NCBI GenBank assembly: GCA_965247095.1
Contig: OZ251997.1
Location: 3,040,001-3,104,000 of the forward strand
DNA: 64,000 nucleotides
Direction of reading: 5' to 3'
Source of the DNA: Candidatus Multivorans sp.
GTDB taxonomy: Bacteria > Acidobacteriota > Thermoanaerobaculia > Multivoradales > Multivoraceae
This document shows positions 56,646 to 64,000 of the stretch, piece by piece (position 1 is the stretch's first letter; each line of letters begins with the position of its first letter). A program made the position numbers and the translations under genes. The notes below the pieces were generated by a model that made no database searches, was not told the origin of the DNA, and saw nothing but the letters and a program-made list of their open reading frames with translations.

Positions 56646-59000
56646 TTGCGACTCGATCCCAAGAGGATTGCGATCGGGTCGACGATCCTGATCACAACCT
56701 TGGCTTTGCCGGGCACGCTTCCGGCAGAGGAGATCGTCATCTCGGTCGCGGCGGGGCAGTTGGCGCCGGAAGCGGCCGCTACGATCACGCTGGTCTCCGT
56801 GGACGGGGACGGCGGAGTGGTTCGAGAGCTGGGCGCGCCGGGCGCGACTCCGGTCCGCGCTGCGGTTGAGGGTCTTGAGTACGTTTCCTGCCGCGGTCGC
56901 CTGATCTGGTGTCCTCGGGTTGGCGTGGGTGCTTCGATGGCGAGCGTCGTCGACGGCGAGGCGCCACCGGTTCGGGTTGTCAATCTGACCGCCTACACGT
57001 TGGCTGACCTCGCTGTGCCTCTTGTTCTGCCTTCCGGTGAGAGCCTCGGAAGTGGAACTCCATTGGTCGAAGGCTGGCTCGAAGTCGCGTCGGGAACGCT
57101 CCACTTCCTGGAACCTGCCACTCTGGACGGGAACCTTCTGCGTTGGCGCGGGCCGGCTGGCCGCACGGACTATCGGATAGCGGTGGAGGGCTGGGCGCCT
57201 AGCTATCTCTTCGACCGAGACATCGGGGCTGGCATGAGGCAACTCGAACCGCTTCGGCTTGTCAGGGGATCCTCCGTGTCACTCCATGCGGTGGAACAGA
57301 ATTCGGGCCTGCCCGTCGCCGGCGCCGCGGTGAGGGCCGAGCCGTACCCGCCGCTTGCGGAAGACGGAAACGGACCGGTGCCCGCGCGGGCAGTGACGAG
57401 CGAAGACGGCTTCGCGCAGCTCGTGGGGCTTGACGGAGAGTACTACTCCCTGATCGTCGAGAGCGAGGGTCGGCCGCCTACCCGGATCAACGGCGTGCGG
57501 CTGGCGCCGGACGCCGAAACGCGGCTTGCGGAAGTCCTCCTGAGGGAGTTTGCCGAGGTACGGGTCTTCATCTCGCCGCAGGCGCCTGGCACGGGCAGGT
57601 GGCGAGTCGCGGCGCAGAGGCTCGATCAGAGTGCGGCGCCTCGGATGGCCGAGGCGGATCCCGACGGCGTCGCGACCCTTCATGGTCTGCCGACGGGCTC
57701 GTACTTTCTGGACCTGCAGACTCCGGACGGCGACGTGCTCCATTCGGAGCAGATGCAAGTAGCGGGCAACGCAGCCGTGGCCATCGATCTGGACTTCGTC
57801 GAGGTGCGCGGTCAGGTGCGTCTCGACGGCAACGGCGTTCAGGCCCGGGTGGCGCTCAGCCGCGGGGCTGGCGACCGCGTACCATTCGTCACGAACGAAG
57901 ACGGCGAGTTCGGCGGCCAGATGCCGAGGCCGACAGGCGATGTGGTCGCCGCCGCCGTGGAAACGGCCGGCGGACTCCGTCGGATGTTCAAGGTCAGCGC
58001 ACGCGCGGACAACGATGTTCTGAGCCTGCGATTCGACCTGGGCGACCGAACGGTACGTGGCGTCGTCCTCGATGGCTCAACGCTTGAGCCGCTCCCCGGC
58101 GCCTCGGTGAGCATCGAGAGAGCGGACGAGGGGGACGGGAACGACGATGACGATATGGAAGCGTTCGTTTCTCTGCCAGTCGTGTCCGACCAGGAGGGCC
58201 GTTTCGCGTTCGACGGGCTCGAGGAAGGCCGGTATCGCCTGTGGGCCTGGTTCGACGGATTCACCCAGGGGAGGGCCGAGGTTCCTTCCTCGCCGTTGGA
58301 GGACTGGGTAGTAGACGACGTTCGGACAGTGCGCCTGCGCCTCCAACCTGGCGACCCACTCGACCTGCTCCTGACGAGAGCGGGAAGTCCCTTGCCGGCT
58401 GCGATGGTCGAGGTCGTTGCGCGAAGCCGATCGGGGGCCGTCGGCGCTGGCTTCGGTGCGACGGACCGCTCGGGCCGAACCAGGGTCCTCGTTCCTCGCG
58501 GCGGCGTCGGACCGGCTTCGGTGGTCGTCAAGGCGCCGCCCCACCTGCTGTGGTCGGGTTGCGTGTCGCTGCCATCGCCGGGCGAGCCCGTTCTGCGACT
58601 CGACCTGATGGACGAACCGGTCGGCACGGTCGTGCTGCGCAACACGGTCGGCGACCGTGCCGGAGGTCTCTCCGAGCCGGTCCTCGTGACGCCGCACGGA
58701 GGCGTACTGTTAATGAGCGACCTGCTCGCCTGGAGCAGCCGTGCCGGCGGGGCGGGCGTGGACCTGGCGACCGGCAGTGTGATCGACAGGATCGAACTGC
58801 CGGGACTTTCCGCCGGTCGCTACTGGGTTGTCGAATCGGCGGCCTTCGACTATTGGCTCTATGTGAACGCCTGCGCGGGCGCGCTCAACGCAAGCGCCGG
58901 CGCCGGGAGCGTGCTCGTGCCTGGGGGGCGGGTGGAGTTCGAGGTCGACCTCGGGTTCGGTTCCGACGAGCCGGTGCTGTTTTTTCCAGCGGATCTCTGA
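56646..59000 (+). CDS. Secreted beta-rich protein with carboxypeptidase-regulatory-like repeats
   Basis: Signal-like N-terminus; repeated PVAGAAV / PLPGASV...SDQEGRFAFDGLEEGRY patterns. Confidence 0.7.
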   Translation: MRLDPKRIAIGSTILITTLALPGTLPAEEIVISVAAGQLAPEAAATITLVSVDGDGGVVRELGAPGATPVRAAVEGLEYVSCRGRLIWCPRVGVGASMASVVDGEAPPVRVVNLTAYTLADLAVPLVLPSGESLGSGTPLVEGWLEVASGTLHFLEPATLDGNLLRWRGPAGRTDYRIAVEGWAPSYLFDRDIGAGMRQLEPLRLVRGSSVSLHAVEQNSGLPVAGAAVRAEPYPPLAEDGNGPVPARAVTSEDGFAQLVGLDGEYYSLIVESEGRPPTRINGVRLAPDAETRLAEVLLREFAEVRVFISPQAPGTGRWRVAAQRLDQSAAPRMAEADPDGVATLHGLPTGSYFLDLQTPDGDVLHSEQMQVAGNAAVAIDLDFVEVRGQVRLDGNGVQARVALSRGAGDRVPFVTNEDGEFGGQMPRPTGDVVAAAVETAGGLRRMFKVSARADNDVLSLRFDLGDRTVRGVVLDGSTLEPLPGASVSIERADEGDGNDDDDMEAFVSLPVVSDQEGRFAFDGLEEGRYRLWAWFDGFTQGRAEVPSSPLEDWVVDDVRTVRLRLQPGDPLDLLLTRAGSPLPAAMVEVVARSRSGAVGAGFGATDRSGRTRVLVPRGGVGPASVVVKAPPHLLWSGCVSLPSPGEPVLRLDLMDEPVGTVVLRNTVGDRAGGLSEPVLVTPHGGVLLMSDLLAWSSRAGGAGVDLATGSVIDRIELPGLSAGRYWVVESAAFDYWLYVNACAGALNASAGAGSVLVPGGRVEFEVDLGFGSDEPVLFFPADL

Positions 59001-59080
59001 TCTCGGGAGCGAGCAGTCGATTTTCGGCGGGCGGACCGCCGGCGGCGCGAGCCTGCAGAGTCAGAGGAACGCCAGCGGGT

Positions 59081-60151
59081 TCAGGCGCCGCCGATCCTGG
59101 CGGCGATCGCCAGGCCCATCTCCGTTGTGGATACTGCCGGCTGCCCTTCGGGCGCCAGATCGGCAGTCCGGCGCCCGTCGTCCAGGACCGCGGCGACCGC
59201 CGCCTCGACCTGAACCGCCTCCGCTTCCAGGCCGAGGCTGTGGCGGAGCAGCATCGCGGCGCTGAGGATGGCGCCGATCGGGTTCGCGATGCCCCGTCCC
59301 GCGATGTCGGGCGCCGAACCGTGGACCGGTTCGTAGAGGCCCTGACGCCCGGCGCCGAGGGACGCGGAGGGCAACATGCCGAGCGAGCCGGCGAGAATCG
59401 CCGCTTCATCGCTCAGGATGTCGCCGAACATGTTGCCGGCCAGGATCACGTCGTAGTCCTTGGGCGAGCGCATCAACTGCATCGCGAAGGCGTCGACGAG
59501 GTGGTGTGTCACTTCGACATCGGGGTAGGCGCCGGCAACCTCGGTCACGGCGCGGCGCCACAGCCGCATCGAGGCCAGCACGTTGGCCTTGTCGATCGAG
59601 GCCAGCTTCCCGCTCCGACCCCGGGCCGCGCGCAGCGCCACGCGGGCGACTCGCTCGACCTCGGCGGTCGAGTAGACGAGGGTGTCGTGGGCCACATCGC
59701 CGTCGCCCTGTTCCTGGCGGGGGCCGAAGTAGATGCCGCCGGTCAGTTCGCGAACGAACAGGAGGTCGACGCCGCGCAGCAGCTCGGGCTTGAGCGGCGC
59801 GAACTCGACGAGGGACTCGAACACCGGCACCGGGCGCAGGTTGGCGAACAGCCCGAGATCGGCCCGCAGGTCGAGTAGCCCCTGCTCGGGTCGGAGTTCG
59901 GCCGTGGGGTCGGACCACTTCGGCCCGCCGACCGCGCCCAGCAGCACCGCGTCCGCGTCCCTGCACGCCGCCAGCGTGCCGGGCGGCAGTGGATTCTGGA
60001 AGTCGTCGATCGCGTTCCCGCCCATCGGGTGGGAGTCGAGTTGGAACTCGTGCCCGCCGAGGTCGGCGACCGCTCGGAGGACGCGCGCCGCTTCGGCTGT
60101 GACTTCAGGCCCGATGCCGTCGCCGGGAAGGAGGACGATGTTCGCTTGCAT
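59081..60151 (-). CDS. leuB: 3-isopropylmalate dehydrogenase
   Basis: [37 protein letters not shown]. Confidence 0.96.
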   Translation of the reverse strand: MQANIVLLPGDGIGPEVTAEAARVLRAVADLGGHEFQLDSHPMGGNAIDDFQNPLPPGTLAACRDADAVLLGAVGGPKWSDPTAELRPEQGLLDLRADLGLFANLRPVPVFESLVEFAPLKPELLRGVDLLFVRELTGGIYFGPRQEQGDGDVAHDTLVYSTAEVERVARVALRAARGRSGKLASIDKANVLASMRLWRRAVTEVAGAYPDVEVTHHLVDAFAMQLMRSPKDYDVILAGNMFGDILSDEAAILAGSLGMLPSASLGAGRQGLYEPVHGSAPDIAGRGIANPIGAILSAAMLLRHSLGLEAEAVQVEAAVAAVLDDGRRTADLAPEGQPAVSTTEMGLAIAARIGGA

Positions 60152-60215
60152 GAGATGGGCACTCCGTTGCCGAACCCTTTCGGCGACGTTGCTTGCGGGA
60201 CTGGGAGATCTTGAA

Positions 60216-60377
60216 TCAGCCCGGGATGTGGCGGAAAAGGAGAATCATCACCAGGGTTGTCGTGGCTGCGGAGACCGTGAGGAATGCTGCCAGGAGCCAG
60301 ATGACGATCGTCAGCCGGCGATGCACTGGGTCGGTAACTCCGCGGAGGCTTATCAGTTTGACGAACGCTTCGGCCAT
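60216..60377 (-). CDS. Small membrane peptide (53 aa) similar to the C-terminus of the upstream gene
   Basis: [29 protein letters not shown] vs RTKLIVWLLGAGLTLYTGTVVSLMFLLFR. Confidence 0.5.
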   Translation of the reverse strand: MAEAFVKLISLRGVTDPVHRRLTIVIWLLAAFLTVSAATTTLVMILLFRHIPG

Positions 60378-60412
60378 ATGCCGATTGTAGCTGGCGCTCT
60401 TCCGGCTGGTGC

Positions 60413-60907
60413 TCAGGCCACGACGCTCCGGAACAGGAGGAACATCAACGAAACCACCGTGCCTGTGTAGAGCGTCAGCCCCGCTCCCAGCAGCCACACG
60501 ATCAGCTTCGTCCGATCGTCCTGTCCCTTTGCGGTTGCTTTGGCCTCGAGCCGAAGCGCCTCGACATGACCCCGGATTTCGGTGCAGAGCGTGGCGATTT
60601 CGCCCCGGACGCTTGCGATCTCGTTCTTGACGCGCCCTTCGGACGCCTCAATGCGGGCTGCGACCTCGTCCCGGAAGCTGTCGAACCGCTCGTTGAGTGA
60701 CGCAGTCTGCTGCTTGAGTACAGCGACGTCCTGCTTCAAGACGGTGACGTCCCGCCTCAACTCGGCCAGGTCCGTCCGGAGCGTGAGCCATTCGCCGCTG
60801 GTGCTTGTCACCTCGATTACCGCTCGAGCTTGTTCGTCATCGAAGCCTGCCTCCAGGAGCCTTCGCCTCGCCGATTCCGCAACGGATTCTACTGCGATCC
60901 TCTGCAT
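60413..60907 (-). CDS. Coiled-coil protein with C-terminal TM anchor (DUF1640/CCDC90-like)
   Basis: LLEAGFDDEQARAV head, heptads LRRDVTVLKQDVAVLKQ, C-terminal TM helix. Confidence 0.7.
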   Translation of the reverse strand: MQRIAVESVAESARRRLLEAGFDDEQARAVIEVTSTSGEWLTLRTDLAELRRDVTVLKQDVAVLKQQTASLNERFDSFRDEVAARIEASEGRVKNEIASVRGEIATLCTEIRGHVEALRLEAKATAKGQDDRTKLIVWLLGAGLTLYTGTVVSLMFLLFRSVVA

Positions 60908-61006
60908 TGACTCTGAACTCCGTCCTGTAGTCCATGGCGCCGGGTCTTGCTCCGGCCCCCTAAGGGACTCAGACGGAATTCGGGACTGGAAGAGGGATCG
61001 GCCCGC

Positions 61007-61626
61007 TCAGCTTGCCCGCGTGTCGAGCCGCGAGGGATGGCCGGCCTCGAACGCCTGGATCGCCGGCGCCTGCTGCAGCAGGTAGCCGAGCTGGTCGGTG
61101 CCGTCGAGCAGGCAACGGCGGGCGAATGGGTCGACATCGAACGTCGCTTCGCCGCCGCCGGGCAGGCTGAGTGTCCGCGCTTTCAGGTCGATCGTGACTT
61201 CGGTTGCCGGATCGGCGGCGACGGCGTCGAACAGGGCCGCGGAGACGTCCTCCGACACCGGCACGACCACGAGGCCGTTCTTCAGCGCGTTGCTGCGGAA
61301 GATGTCGGCGAAGGAGGTGCTGATCACGGCGCGGAAGCCATAGCCGACCAGCGCCCACGGCGCGTGCTCGCGGGAGCTGCCGCAGCCGAAGTTGTCGCCG
61401 GCGAGCAGGACGCGGGCGTCCTGATGCTGCGGCTGGTTCAGGACGAAGCCTTCGATCGGTTCGCCCTCCGGGGTGCCGTCGCGATAGCGCCAGCGGCAGA
61501 AGAGGCCGGAGGCCAGCCCCGAGCGGTCGGTGACCTTGAGGTAGGACGCCGGGATGATCTGGTCAGTGTCGATGTTCTGGTTAGGCAGCGGCGCCATCGT
61601 GCCGGTATAGCGGTCGAAGCGGACGC

Positions 61627-61630
<4 letters not shown>
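61007..61630 (-). CDS. leuD: 3-isopropylmalate dehydratase small subunit
   Basis: [33 protein letters not shown]. Confidence 0.95.
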
Positions 61631-63044
<1,414 letters not shown>

Positions 63045-63048
<4 letters not shown>

Positions 63049-64000
63049 GCTTTCACCGGTTGGGGGCTCGACACTCCGAGTGTTGCCGGACTGCCTTCGC
63101 CGGCGGTGTACTTGGTCCCGATGGCGGTCACCATCCGGTTCAGGGCGGCTACGTACGCCTTGGCCGACGCGACGATGACGTCCGTGTCGGCGCCGTAGCC
63201 GCCGAAGACGCGGCCCTTGCCGCGGCCGCCCGTTGGGCTCTTGATCCGTACCGTGACTTCGCCCATCGCGTCGATGCCCTCCGTGACGCTGTGGACGTTG
63301 TACTCGAGCAGCGTGTTCCTGGCCTCGACGACGGCGTCGATGGCGCGGAAGGTGGCGTCGACCGGGCCGGTGCCGACACCGGGCGAGACGTACTCCTGGC
63401 CGTTCGGACCGACCAGGCGGGCCGTCGCGGTCGGCATGCCGGGCCGCCCGCAGGAGATCTGCAACTCCGTCAGCGTGAAGATCTCCGTGGGCGCCAGGAT
63501 CTTTTGGTTCGCCAGCGCCTGGAGGTCGGCGTCGGTGATGTCCTTCTTCTGATCGGCGAGCTGCTTGAAGCGGCGGAACGCCTCGCCCAGCTCCTCCCGG
63601 CTGAGCTCGAAGCCGAGTTCCTCCATGCGCATCCGGAGCGCGTGCTTGCCGGAGTGCTTGCCCAGGACCAGCCTGCTCTGCGTCAGCCCGACGGTCTGCG
63701 GCGTCATGATCTCGTAGGTGCGCTGATCCTGGAGCATGCCGTGCTGGTGGATCCCGGCCTCGTGCGCGAACGCGTTCTCGCCGACGATCGCCTTGTTCCG
63801 GGGCACCGCGATGCCGGTGTAGTGGGCCACCAGGCGGCTGGTCCGCACCAGTTCGGTCGTGTTCAGGCGGGTGCCGACGCCGTAGATCTGGGGTCGGGTG
63901 TGAAGCGCCATGACGACTTCTTCGAGGGAGGTGTTGCCGGCTCGCTCGCCGATGCCGTTGATCGTCACTTCGACCTGGCGCACGCCGGCCTGGATCGCCG
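63045..64000 (-). CDS. leuA: 2-isopropylmalate synthase, C-terminal part (5' end outside window)
   Basis: [33 protein letters not shown], regulatory domain GPVDA. Confidence 0.95.

Overview
GC-rich bacterial chromosome segment. The Oar-type TonB-dependent receptor, TPR-fused sulfatase-like protein and carboxypeptidase-regulatory-domain protein suggest Acidobacteriota (inference only). The backbone is metabolic: pyk, acyl-CoA dehydrogenase, a coxG-S-L-M (form II, AYRGAGR) molybdoenzyme, an HMG-CoA-synthase-like/DUF35 fusion with a thiolase, aminotransferase, peptidases and SDRs, SLC13 permease, TBDR, ECF sigma plus vWA, metY and methyltransferases, a two-component system, FKBP, uppP and leuACDB. 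Four accessory patches interrupt it. (1) About 1.9-11.8 kb: a hairpin element, three IS (IS1634, IS21, IS4; target duplications readable for IS21 and IS4), a broken gene, and an intact operon of an MqsR-like toxin, an MqsA-like antitoxin with a C-terminal tail, and a KGGVGRT ParA-like ATPase with a helical/TPR-like domain. This operon is the best candidate for an undescribed defence/conflict system. (2) An ietAS-type AAA ATPase + S8 protease pair. (3) A gene remnant, an MNT-HEPN pair and an orphan AbrB-type gene. (4) A secreted-protein gene bracketed by leuB and an internally deleted leuB copy. The ORF track splits a UGSC-type selenoprotein at an in-frame TGA that is followed by a SECIS-like hairpin. 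No rRNA, tRNA or CRISPR array was seen. All calls come from reading motifs by eye; no searches were run.
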